In this document: piece by piece, positions 1 through 8,947 of the stretch
Layout of the letters: each line of letters begins with the position of its first letter
How positions within the stretch are numbered: position 1 is the first letter of the stretch
NCBI GenBank assembly: GCA_900320415.1
Contig: ONSE01000029.1
Coordinates: forward strand, 1 to 38,978
Reading direction: 5' to 3'
DNA: 38,978 bases
Source of the DNA: an uncultured Eubacteriales bacterium
GTDB lineage: Bacteria; Bacillota; Clostridia; Oscillospirales; Acutalibacteraceae
The notes under the pieces: generated by a model
Told to the model about the DNA's origin: nothing
Seen by the model: only the letters and a program-made list of their open reading frames with translations
Database searches by the model: none
Translations under genes and position numbers: made by a program

Positions 1-111
1 ATCATTGACATCGCCGACGCAACGGCGCTGCAGATGTACCTCGCGGAATACGAATTGACCTACCCTATCGGTCAGCCGATAAGAATGGAGAACGCATTGA
101 GAACGGAGTAA
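1..111 (+). CDS. C-terminal end of a dockerin-domain protein (partial, 5' end outside window)
   Basis: Frame 1 reads IIDIADATALQMYLAEYELTYPIGQPIRMENALRTE*, matching the second Ca-binding repeat of ruminococcal type I dockerins (xIDIxDATxxQxYLA). TAA at 109-111. Confidence 0.75.
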   Translation: MIDIADATALQMYLAEYELTYPIGQPIRMENALRTE

Positions 112-156
112 GATACTTCTTTCCGGGCTTGTGGATACATTCGATTTTTGTCAAAA

Positions 157-264
157 GGGAATCTCTAATAATTCAATGTCGTGCAGAAGTGCGGAAGATT
201 TATGGCAGAATTATGCCGTGAAGATTTCGTGCTTATGCGCGGTAAGGAATTTTTAGAGGTTCCC
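157..264. mobile_element. MITE-like hairpin element 'A', copy 1 (internally shortened, 108 bp)
   Basis: Terminal inverted repeats GGGAATCTCTAA (157-168) / TTAGAGGTTCCC (253-264), AAAA on both flanks. Closely similar to 34904-35064 but lacks its 53-bp centre. Confidence 0.7.
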
Positions 265-267
265 AAA

Positions 268-340
268 AATCCTTGATAAAAAGTTAAAACAGCTGTTATG
301 CGGAAATTTAACGCAACAGATATTCAAGGAACAAGTATGA
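268..340. repeat. Repeat element 'B', copy 1 (degenerate right end)
   Basis: AATCCTTG...GCTGTTATGCGGAAATTTAACGCAACAGATATTCAAGGAA aligns with 34880-34903 joined to 35065-35124. Confidence 0.6.
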
Positions 341-354
341 TTCAGCTTTTCTAG

Positions 355-398
355 AAAAAACATCACCCGACACAGCTCTGTATCGGGTGATGTTTTTT
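355..398. terminator. Bidirectional intrinsic terminator between the dockerin gene and addA
   Basis: AAAAAACATCACCCGA (355-370) / TCGGGTGATGTTTTTT (383-398), a perfect inverted repeat between convergent genes. Confidence 0.9.
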
Positions 399-419
399 GC
401 TTGTATGATATCCAGCCGC

Positions 420-3400
420 CTATACGGTGATATAATCGTTGAGCGTGACGGAAAAGATGATCTTCTCTTTGACGGGCAGTCCGAACACCTGCGTCATCGC
501 CTGTTCATACAAATCCAGCTGGGGCTTGTGGCGGCGCAGCTCCTCTGTCTCCTTTACACGGTCGGTCTTGTAATCGACTATCACCAGTGCGCCGTCCTCA
601 ATAAACACGAGATCCACCTCGCCGTCCACGATCTGCTTTCTGTCCGGTCGGAACTCCCTGCCGTCTGTCACGGTCAGAGAAGGATGCACGAAAACGGTGA
701 ACTGCTTTTCACGGAATACATTCCGTGAGTTTTTGCTCATCACTCCGATTATCCTTTCGAAAAGCTCTCCGTGCAGAATCGCGCGGAGCTTCTCTCTGTC
801 AAGGCAGTCACACTGCCGCTGCGTCAGCTTTTCTGTTTCCAGCAGACGCCCGATCTCCTGCTCCACATCCTCACGGGCGAGGCTGAAATCACAGTAGTGC
901 AAAAACTCGTGGTGCGCGGTTCCGATTTCGGCGGGACTGCGCTTTTCCGCATCCTTTGCGAACGAGGGAACCACCAGCGCGCGACGGGTGAATTCCCTGT
1001 TTTCGCTGTGCGACACCTGCGAGGGATTGATCTTTTGCGGCACGCCAATGATATCCGCGTCGGGATAGACAAACGCGAGATTGCGGCGAAGGATCTCAAG
1101 GTAATCCAATTTTATTTCCAAATTAGAATTATTTTCAGCTTTTTCTTCCGCTGTCTGCGCGGAATACAGCTCTTCTTCTGTGTTAATCTTACGAAGGATC
1201 CACTCGGCTTCGCTCTTTCCTCCCTCTCGGCTGTCATCAAAAATACGTGCGGTGGAAGGGTTCACCGCGGCGCAAAGCAGGATCCACTCCAGCATACATT
1301 TGGCGGAAAGGACATCCTTTTCGGAGAAATCCCCTCTGACGGTTTTGTCTGCAATGCTTTTCAGAAGCTTTTTCTCAGGATCCTCCGTCGTGCCGACAAT
1401 GATCAGCTTTTCCTTGGCGCGTGTGAGGGCAACGTACAGCATTCGCAGCTCCTCCTCGGCGTTCTCGCGCTTCTTTCTCATGGTGACAGCGTTGTAAGGA
1501 GCAGTGGAGACCCTCTTGTAATTCACATATGGCTTGATACCCACAAACGCCTCACTGTCCATAAGAATCGGCTCTCGCAATTCCATCAGATTAAACTCGC
1601 GCGTCGTGTCTGCAAGGAAGCAAACGGGGAACTCCAGACCCTTGGACTTGTGGATACTCATCACCTGTACGCAATCCGCTGTGTCTCCCTGCGTATTTGA
1701 CGCGGACGCGAGCTTTTTCTCGTTCTTCATCAGCCTGTCTATGTAGCTGTTGAAATCAGAGAGAGTTTTGTAACCGTTAGCGGCGAATTTTCTCGCGTAG
1801 ACGCGCAGCAGATCGAGGTTGCGTGAAGGCGCTTTCCCGCCTGCAATGGCGGTGGTAACGGCAATTACGGCCGTGCGCTCATACACCGACTCCAGCAATT
1901 CATCCACGCCGCTGACGGCGGCGAGGTCGCGCAGACGGCTCAGACCTGTCAGGAAGCGGTCGCTCTTTCTTCCTGTCTCGCTGTCATCCTCCCGGCAGAT
2001 ATGCAAACAGCGGTAGAGTGAGGCGCGCTGATTGCCGAGGCGCAGCACCGCCATATCATCGGGGGTAAAGCCGAACAGAGGGCTGAGCAGGACCGCGAGC
2101 ATGGCGATGTCGTTGGTCGGGTTATCGATCACGCGCAGCAGATTGAGCACCAGACGGATTTCCTGCGACTGGAAGAAATTCTCGCTTTCCTCGCAGTAGG
2201 CAGGGATGCCGTATCGGGCGAGCTGCTTCACAAACTCCGCGCTGCCCTTCTGCTTGTTCTCCTCCTCGGAAGATGCGGCGTTCTTGGCACGCATCAGCAC
2301 GGCGAAGTCCCGGAAAGTAATCGGGCGCTCGGTGTCTCCGTCTTTGACGGTCACGCCCGAGTGAATCATCTGCCAAATCCGATTGGCGGTATAGCGCGCC
2401 TCCAGGGCGGCGCCGGAATAGCTGTCCGAGAATTGTTTCCTGTCGATCAGAGCGATTTCCGTGTTGCGGCGCTCGTCGTTCCGATAGCCTGCCGCACCGA
2501 AATTGAGGTATTCCTCCGGTGTGTAGCCGTTCATCAGACGCGAGAAAATAAAGTTCACGGTACTGCAGACCTGCTGACTGCTGCGAAAGTTTTCGCTCAG
2601 GAAAATAAGAGCGGGATAATGCGGATCTTCGCTGTCGTAGGGCCGGTAACGGCTCCTTCTATCGGCGAAGAGCTTAGCCTTGGACTGACGGAAGCCGTAG
2701 ATGCTCTGCTTGATATCACCGACCATAAAGAGGTTCCTTCCCAGGTCGGAAACACAGTTGTAGATGACCTCCTGAATAAGGTTGACGTCCTGGTACTCGT
2801 CAATGATCACCTGGAAAAACCGTGAGGAAAGCTCTTTTGCGAGCGGCGTCCTGCGGTAATAAAAGCCTCCCGTGCAGAAATCGGCGTCCCCCTTTCCGCA
2901 GCTCTCGGCGAGAAGGCGCACTGCCAGAAGGCTGACGTCGGAAAAGGTCTTGACCCCGCGCCTTTCCTTCTGCACGCTCAGTTCCCTGTCAAAGGCTCTG
3001 ACAAGCTCGCTGAGGGTGACCATCAGTCCGCTCAGCTCCCGCAGCTGGTCGTCCGCGCTGAGATAGCCGACAACCGTGTCACGCACCGCGTCGCGGCATC
3101 GCGTCACATTTTCCACCTTGGTTTTGATGTTCTTGAGTGTCTTTTCGTCGAACGTCGGGTTCCCGGGGTAATCCGCCGTGCGGAACAGCTTTTCGCCCTC
3201 GTCGCAAAAGGACTTCCAGCTGTCTTCCAGCGCCTTTTGCAGCCTCTCCAGAGAACGCAGATCCCACTCCGACAGGGGCGTCAGCTGTTCTTTGACTTTT
3301 TCGGGCACTTCACCGAGGTATTTCTCCGTCTGCACCTTCAGGCCCGCAAGCTCAACAGGCAGAGAGCGGAAGCACTCCTCCGCCCACTCGGTTTCGGCAA

Positions 3401-4007
3401 AGCGCATCTGTGTGTAACGCTTCACCATTTCGTCCATCCACTCGGACTGAAACGGCTGGTTCTGTAAAAAGCGGTGCAGACTCAGAACCGCCTTGCGCAG
3501 CCCCCTGTCGCTGTTGCCGGAGGCGAAGGCGCGCAGCAGCTTTCTGAAATCAGGCGAATTGGAAAGGTAGAAAGGCTCCATCGCGGCGTCGAGAGCTTTT
3601 TCACCGAGAGTCGCGATTTCGTCATCGCCGGCGATACGAAAATCAGGAGCGATGCCGAGCGCGGAAAAATGCTCCCTGACAAGAGAAGAGCAAAAGCTGT
3701 CTGTGGTGGAGATGTGAGCGCTGTAGAGCTTCTGCTTCTGGCGCAGCAGATTTGCTCCTCCCTGACCCGACGTCATCAGCTTGTCGAGCCGCTTCTGAAT
3801 ACGCGTCCTCATCTCCGCCGCCGCGTCGCGCGTAAAGGTGAGAACAAGGAGCTTGTCTACGTCAACCGCATCGTCGCCTGTGATCATTTCGATCACGTGC
3901 TGCGCGAGAACAGCGGTTTTTCCTGAGCCGGCCGCTGCAGAAACAAGCACCGTACCGCGCGAGTCGATCGCCTTTCTCTGGGCGTCTGTCCATTTAATCT
4001 CACTCAT
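420..4007 (-). CDS. addA: ATP-dependent helicase/nuclease subunit A
   Basis: 1195 aa; UvrD-type motifs AAAGSGKT, IDEYQD, VGDIKQSIYGFR, SIHKSKGLEF, LYVALTRAK; C-terminal RecB-type nuclease GEVDL...IVDYKTD. Confidence 0.95.
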   Translation of the reverse strand: MSEIKWTDAQRKAIDSRGTVLVSAAAGSGKTAVLAQHVIEMITGDDAVDVDKLLVLTFTRDAAAEMRTRIQKRLDKLMTSGQGGANLLRQKQKLYSAHISTTDSFCSSLVREHFSALGIAPDFRIAGDDEIATLGEKALDAAMEPFYLSNSPDFRKLLRAFASGNSDRGLRKAVLSLHRFLQNQPFQSEWMDEMVKRYTQMRFAETEWAEECFRSLPVELAGLKVQTEKYLGEVPEKVKEQLTPLSEWDLRSLERLQKALEDSWKSFCDEGEKLFRTADYPGNPTFDEKTLKNIKTKVENVTRCRDAVRDTVVGYLSADDQLRELSGLMVTLSELVRAFDRELSVQKERRGVKTFSDVSLLAVRLLAESCGKGDADFCTGGFYYRRTPLAKELSSRFFQVIIDEYQDVNLIQEVIYNCVSDLGRNLFMVGDIKQSIYGFRQSKAKLFADRRSRYRPYDSEDPHYPALIFLSENFRSSQQVCSTVNFIFSRLMNGYTPEEYLNFGAAGYRNDERRNTEIALIDRKQFSDSYSGAALEARYTANRIWQMIHSGVTVKDGDTERPITFRDFAVLMRAKNAASSEEENKQKGSAEFVKQLARYGIPAYCEESENFFQSQEIRLVLNLLRVIDNPTNDIAMLAVLLSPLFGFTPDDMAVLRLGNQRASLYRCLHICREDDSETGRKSDRFLTGLSRLRDLAAVSGVDELLESVYERTAVIAVTTAIAGGKAPSRNLDLLRVYARKFAANGYKTLSDFNSYIDRLMKNEKKLASASNTQGDTADCVQVMSIHKSKGLEFPVCFLADTTREFNLMELREPILMDSEAFVGIKPYVNYKRVSTAPYNAVTMRKKRENAEEELRMLYVALTRAKEKLIIVGTTEDPEKKLLKSIADKTVRGDFSEKDVLSAKCMLEWILLCAAVNPSTARIFDDSREGGKSEAEWILRKINTEEELYSAQTAEEKAENNSNLEIKLDYLEILRRNLAFVYPDADIIGVPQKINPSQVSHSENREFTRRALVVPSFAKDAEKRSPAEIGTAHHEFLHYCDFSLAREDVEQEIGRLLETEKLTQRQCDCLDREKLRAILHGELFERIIGVMSKNSRNVFREKQFTVFVHPSLTVTDGREFRPDRKQIVDGEVDLVFIEDGALVIVDYKTDRVKETEELRRHKPQLDLYEQAMTQVFGLPVKEKIIFSVTLNDYITV

Positions 4008-7000
4008 TTCCGTTCACCTCCCTTGTCTCGGACGCGTCAACATCCTCCTTCATCTTACTGAGAACGTATTCCCGTTTTTTGTTGTGCTCCACCTCAAAGA
4101 TATTTTTCTTCGGTTCGCTCCTGTGATAGGAACAAGCGTCGGGATAGGCGCAGTAATCGCAGGTCGTGGAAGCACCCTGACGCAGCGACTGCGCGGGAAT
4201 CACGCCCTCGTACAGGCTCTCGCCCATCTCCTTGATCAACAAATCCACCTTTTTGAAAACGGTTTCCAGCTCAGTCGCGCTGACCTTGGTGCTCCCGCGA
4301 GTCTTGAAGCTGTCCTTGCAGGCAATGCTGAACTTTTTTTCATTAAGATACAGACCCCTGAGCATGAAAGCTTCCCGAATCAGCTCCGCGGTGTTTTTTC
4401 CCTTTGCCTCCGACTCGGAAAAGCCATTGAACAAAACATTGGAATAGAGCACACCGCCCGGAGTGAAATCCCCGTAACGATAGGCACCGTTGCGTGTGAT
4501 GGCGATCAAATAGATCAACATCTGCAAATCAAGGCCGTAATATGCCTCGGTAAGGCTGAAGCCCTTACCGGCTGACTTGGATTTGTAGTCAATAATGCGG
4601 ATGTATTTTTTTCCGTTCTGCACAGAGCTGTCAACCCTGTCCACCTTGCCGCGGATGCGGATCTCATGGCCGTCGGGCAGTGTGTAGCTGTAGCCAAGCA
4701 TATCGTTGGGAAAATCCAGCTCTGTGTCCTCCACGTCAAAGGGACTGTTCGCAAGCTCCTCTGATACGTACTGTATCACCTTTACGGTCTTGTCCATCAG
4801 CATTTCGAGCTGGAAAGCGAAGGCGCCGTCCTTGTCCTCCATACCGCCCATATACGCTTCAAGGTATGCCTTGTACTCCTTCTCCACAAATTCCCTGATC
4901 TCATCCGGCCGCAGCACGGCGTACTCGCTTTTCGCGCGGTAGATATTGAAGAAATCCTCCAGCACCCTGTGAACCAGATTGCCCCTCTCGATGGGATTGA
5001 TCTCCGCCTTGCGCCTCTCGTCCACGCGCAGTCCGTAGGCACAGAAATAGCGGAACGGGCATTGATAGAAGGTCTGTACCTTGGAGGCGGAGTTATCAAG
5101 GGTTTTTCCGAACAGACGGTCTGCGCTGTCCCTGTCACAGAGCATGAACGGCCTCCCCTCCACGGCGTCCTCCACTGCCTCCAGCCTTGCGGCGTATCCC
5201 GCATCTCCTGCAAACACCTCACGCAGCGCGGAAAGGTCTGCGTTTTCGTCCGTCAGCGAGGCAGCGTACGCTTCAAACGCCGTCGCACGGGTGACAAGCA
5301 TCTCCTCGTATGGTTTACGGGCAAACACAGTCGGTTTGATGTTCGGGAACACCTTTTTCAGCTCGTCCACCAATACGGAGGGCTTGAGCCTGCCGCCCGC
5401 GCTCTCCTCTCCTGCAGAGGACAGCGCCAGCTTGGGATAAGAGAGAAAAAGCAGATCGGAGGCTGCCGCCATGCAATTATATGCCATGAAGATCTCGAGG
5501 CTGACAAAATCGACGGGGCTGTCAGTCATTTTCAGGTCAAACTCCGAGAGCGTCTGCAGCTCATAGTCCGAAAACAGTCCGCCGCTCTGCGGATTGGCAG
5601 GAAAGCTGCCCTCGCTGCAGCCTATCAGAAACACCGCCTTATAGCGGGGATCTCTCACCCTTTGGGCGTTGGTGATGATCACGGAATCGAGGTAACGCGG
5701 AATCTCGGCGAACTCGATGGCGGAAAGCTCGAGCGAAAGCAGCTCATAATAGCGGCGCAGGCTCAGCCTCTCGCCGCCCAGCGCCTCACGGAAGCGGTCA
5801 AGCGCTTTGACCACCAGCTCCCAGATGCGTACCTGTTCCTCCGAAACGTCCGTGGAAACGCCGTTTTCGAGTCTTTGGCACAGACGGTCGATTCCCTTAC
5901 GCACGCCGAAATCCTCTGTCAATAGAGAATAAAGGCGCTCGGTCATCTCACCCGCCGTCAGCTCCCTGCAGTCGTCCCTGAAACGCAGCAAAGCGTCCGT
6001 TACGGTTTTGCGGATCTTCTCCGCGTTGTCGCGCTTGGGATCGGACGCAGGCACCTCTCCAAAGCCGCGGGAGCTTTGGGTAAAGGGCTTTTTGAATCCC
6101 GCGTTGTCAATGTCCCACACAAATATGTAATCCTCAAAATCGCGGATCTCACTATCGGTAAACGGGAGCAAACCGCTTTTGAGCAGGAGAAGCATATCCT
6201 CTCTCTCAAAGCTATTGAGCAGGATGCGGAATACCGCGTTGACCGCGCGGGCGACTGGCTTAACGTCCAGATCCTTGTGTTCATCAAGAAAATACGGGAT
6301 CTCGTATTTGTCAAAAATCGCATTTATCACGCCGCTGTAGAGCTTTGTGTCACGGGTGATGACGCCGATATCCGCGTATCGGTAATCCCCCCGAAGAATC
6401 AGCTTTTTGATTTCACGCGCGGCGTATTCACACTCGTCATAGGCATCGTCAGCGGGATAGAGGAAGATTCCCTCGGGTGCGGCTTCGGATATTTCAAAAT
6501 CCTCGCCGCCGCGGAACACGCCCGCTTCCAGCAGTGACAGCTCCTCGTTGTGAAAGCGAAGGCAGTCATTGCATTCGATCGGCTTTAATATCTTAACGCC
6601 CCGGCTTTGCGCGAAGTGCCTGACGCGGTTGTAGGTACGGACGGGCGTAGCGAATACCCCCTCCTCACGGATGCAGAGCGGATCGAGCGTGAGTGTCAGC
6701 ACCAGCTCCTCGCAGTGCAAAAGCATATGCTCCACCAGCCTCAGCTGCTGCGCCGTAAACCCGCTGTAGCCGTCGATGAACACGGTAAAGCCCTCAAAAA
6801 CCTCCGTATGGGTGCGCAGGATCTCCACCACGCGGTCGAGGTCGTCGAGGGGGTCGATATGCGTTTGCGCCAGCCTGCCGCTGAACACATCAAAAATATC
6901 GGCGGTATCGAGCAGCTTCTTTTGCAGGGCGGTTCCCGCTATCTCGGGATTCTGAGAGGCGAGACGCATCGCCTCTGTTCCGACGCCCCCTTTTTTGCAC

Positions 7001-7374
7001 TCGGTCAGCGCGTCGAGCATGAGCCGCGTCAGGCTCTTGTTATTCTTTGTGTGAAGCAGGCGCAGCTCTCCGTCCAGATCGTCGAGAGCACGGCTCATAA
7101 TCACCGCGCGGGTACCGCTGTCAATTGCCAGACCCTGCGGATTTTTCGTCTGTTCATAGACAAAACGGCACAGCTTGTTAAAACCGAATACATTGACCAG
7201 CTGTTTGTCGGCGGCGCCGAGCAGCTCCAGTACCGCTTTTTCGGTTTCCAGGCTGATCTGGTCGGGGATCAGCACTATCAGCTTCTTCTTCCCCTGACTG
7301 ACCTTTTCCCGAATCAGCCGGTAAAGCTCTGTCGTCTTGCCGGTTCCGCTTTTTCCGAGAATAAAGCGAAGCAT
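4000..7374 (-). CDS. addB: ATP-dependent helicase/nuclease subunit B
   Basis: Start set at MLRFILGKSGTGKT (SD GAGGTG upstream); nuclease motif RGKVDRVD...IIDYKS; Fe-S cysteines CPFRYFC and CDYCAYPDAC; overlaps addA. Confidence 0.93.
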   Translation of the reverse strand: MLRFILGKSGTGKTTELYRLIREKVSQGKKKLIVLIPDQISLETEKAVLELLGAADKQLVNVFGFNKLCRFVYEQTKNPQGLAIDSGTRAVIMSRALDDLDGELRLLHTKNNKSLTRLMLDALTECKKGGVGTEAMRLASQNPEIAGTALQKKLLDTADIFDVFSGRLAQTHIDPLDDLDRVVEILRTHTEVFEGFTVFIDGYSGFTAQQLRLVEHMLLHCEELVLTLTLDPLCIREEGVFATPVRTYNRVRHFAQSRGVKILKPIECNDCLRFHNEELSLLEAGVFRGGEDFEISEAAPEGIFLYPADDAYDECEYAAREIKKLILRGDYRYADIGVITRDTKLYSGVINAIFDKYEIPYFLDEHKDLDVKPVARAVNAVFRILLNSFEREDMLLLLKSGLLPFTDSEIRDFEDYIFVWDIDNAGFKKPFTQSSRGFGEVPASDPKRDNAEKIRKTVTDALLRFRDDCRELTAGEMTERLYSLLTEDFGVRKGIDRLCQRLENGVSTDVSEEQVRIWELVVKALDRFREALGGERLSLRRYYELLSLELSAIEFAEIPRYLDSVIITNAQRVRDPRYKAVFLIGCSEGSFPANPQSGGLFSDYELQTLSEFDLKMTDSPVDFVSLEIFMAYNCMAAASDLLFLSYPKLALSSAGEESAGGRLKPSVLVDELKKVFPNIKPTVFARKPYEEMLVTRATAFEAYAASLTDENADLSALREVFAGDAGYAARLEAVEDAVEGRPFMLCDRDSADRLFGKTLDNSASKVQTFYQCPFRYFCAYGLRVDERRKAEINPIERGNLVHRVLEDFFNIYRAKSEYAVLRPDEIREFVEKEYKAYLEAYMGGMEDKDGAFAFQLEMLMDKTVKVIQYVSEELANSPFDVEDTELDFPNDMLGYSYTLPDGHEIRIRGKVDRVDSSVQNGKKYIRIIDYKSKSAGKGFSLTEAYYGLDLQMLIYLIAITRNGAYRYGDFTPGGVLYSNVLFNGFSESEAKGKNTAELIREAFMLRGLYLNEKKFSIACKDSFKTRGSTKVSATELETVFKKVDLLIKEMGESLYEGVIPAQSLRQGASTTCDYCAYPDACSYHRSEPKKNIFEVEHNKKREYVLSKMKEDVDASETREVNGNE

Positions 7375-7432
7375 CTTATCACCTCTTGTATCTGTTTGTC
7401 TTTTCATCACGCCCCGATGGGGCAAAATCGGT

Positions 7433-8029
7433 TTATCGGAAAATATTTTGCAGGCTCTCCCACCACTCCAGCAGCTTGAATTTATACTGCACTCCGCTGT
7501 CGGTGACTTCGCTGTACTCCTCCTCTGTATAGACCTCCCTCACGCGGCTCTCGCGCTCCCCGGCGGAGGACAGACAAAGAGACGGGTACATGACGCACCA
7601 CCAGTTGTGTCCCTCCGCTTTTCCGATGGAGAGACGCAGTGCGTCGTAGTCGCCCGGCGGCAGCGTGTAGCCGTCGTAATAACGGGTAGTAAAATACATC
7701 CGCGTCACCTCCGCCCGAACGGGGTAGTCATAGCCTTGTAACAGCACCTCGTCATAGGCGGCATTGGCAATATCCTGTAAATGCTCTCTGACCGCCCTCA
7801 TTCCCGACTCCTTGTCGGGCGCGGACCGAAACAGCGCGGCCGTATAACAAAGCACCCTGTCCCTGACAAGGAGCTTCAGCGTCTGATCAGCCTGCGAGTC
7901 GGAATTGGCGAGGATATGCAGGCGGAAGGTATTGTCGGCAATATCCCGGCAATCCGCCTGAAACGGCAAGAGAGAAAATAAAACGGTGAGTACGAACGCG
8001 GTACACGCGGATCTGAGCCATAATTTCAT
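7433..8029 (-). CDS. spoIIR: Stage II sporulation protein R
   Basis: RLHILANSDSQADQTLKLLVRD and GKAEGHNWWCVMYPSLC signatures; N-terminal signal peptide; ATG at 8029 with AAAGGA upstream. Confidence 0.93.
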   Translation of the reverse strand: MKLWLRSACTAFVLTVLFSLLPFQADCRDIADNTFRLHILANSDSQADQTLKLLVRDRVLCYTAALFRSAPDKESGMRAVREHLQDIANAAYDEVLLQGYDYPVRAEVTRMYFTTRYYDGYTLPPGDYDALRLSIGKAEGHNWWCVMYPSLCLSSAGERESRVREVYTEEEYSEVTDSGVQYKFKLLEWWESLQNIFR

Positions 8030-8032
8030 AAG

Positions 8033-8070
8033 AAAAACCTGTCCTTTCAACAAGAGTATGGACAGGCTTT
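8033..8070 (-). promoter_or_regulatory. Hairpin overlapping the spoIIR RBS and a sporulation-sigma-like -10 (CATACTCT)
   Basis: Minus strand AAAGCCTGTCC-ATACTCTTGTTGAAA-GGACAGG-TTTTT; arms at 8060-8066 and 8038-8044. Confidence 0.5.
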
Positions 8071-8077
8071 CGTCGTA

Positions 8078-8947
8078 TTAATCAACTGCGCAGCCGATTT
8101 TCTGCGGCTTGCACAAAAATGTTTCGGGGTAGGTTTCCCTGAGCTTTTCATAGCACTTCTTTGCTCTGCCCGAGGATGTGAATACGGCGAACACCGCCGA
8201 ACCGGAGCCGCTCATTCCCGCGCCCCTCGCCTTACAGGAGAGCATGACGCGCTTGATTTCGTTGACCTCAGGAATTTGAAGCGCCACCTCGAAATCATTG
8301 AAAAGCGTGGTGGAAATCATGAACATATCGCGGCTGTAGAGCGCCTTCACCATCTCGTCGGTATAGGACGGGTGAGGCGGAAGGGCGTCCACCTTGCTGT
8401 AGGCGGCGCCTGTGGAAACACTTACCGTGGATGGCTTACAGATGACAATATCCGAGCACTGGAAGCTCGGCAGCTTTTTGATGGTGGTGCCGATACCCGT
8501 GCAGAGCTTGGTGCCGCCCTCTACACAAAAGGGTACGTCCGCGCCGACTCTCTCCCCGATCGCGCACATCTCCGCGGGCTTGAGCATGGTATGAAACATG
8601 GCGTTGAGTCCCATTATCACCGCGGCGCCGTCGGTGCTTCCTCCCGCCAGTCCCGCCTGCGCGGGAATCCGCTTGTCAATATCGATATGGACGCCCTTCA
8701 CATCCATCTTGCAGTAATCAAAAAAGCGGTATGCCGCCTTGAAGCAGATGTTGCTGTCGTCGCACGGCACTCCCTCGTAATTGCAGGATATGGTCACCCT
8801 GCCGCTGTCATTGTCGGTGAGGGTAATCACGTCGTGCAGATCTACCGCCTGCATAACGGTGGCGATCTCGTGATAGCCGTCGGGACGCTTGCCCAACACC
8901 TCAAGAGTGAGATTGATTTTTGCGGGCGCCTTGACCTTAATTTCCAT
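8078..8947 (-). CDS. ispE: 4-diphosphocytidyl-2-C-methyl-D-erythritol kinase
   Basis: APAKINLTL, RPDGYHEI, IPAQAGLAGGSTD, GADVPF and MSGSGSAVF motifs. Confidence 0.95.
   Translation of the reverse strand: MEIKVKAPAKINLTLEVLGKRPDGYHEIATVMQAVDLHDVITLTDNDSGRVTISCNYEGVPCDDSNICFKAAYRFFDYCKMDVKGVHIDIDKRIPAQAGLAGGSTDGAAVIMGLNAMFHTMLKPAEMCAIGERVGADVPFCVEGGTKLCTGIGTTIKKLPSFQCSDIVICKPSTVSVSTGAAYSKVDALPPHPSYTDEMVKALYSRDMFMISTTLFNDFEVALQIPEVNEIKRVMLSCKARGAGMSGSGSAVFAVFTSSGRAKKCYEKLRETYPETFLCKPQKIGCAVD

Noticed and set aside
157-340. CRISPR array or intact IS at the repeat loci
   Set aside because: No repeat-spacer periodicity, no cas genes and no transposase ORF.
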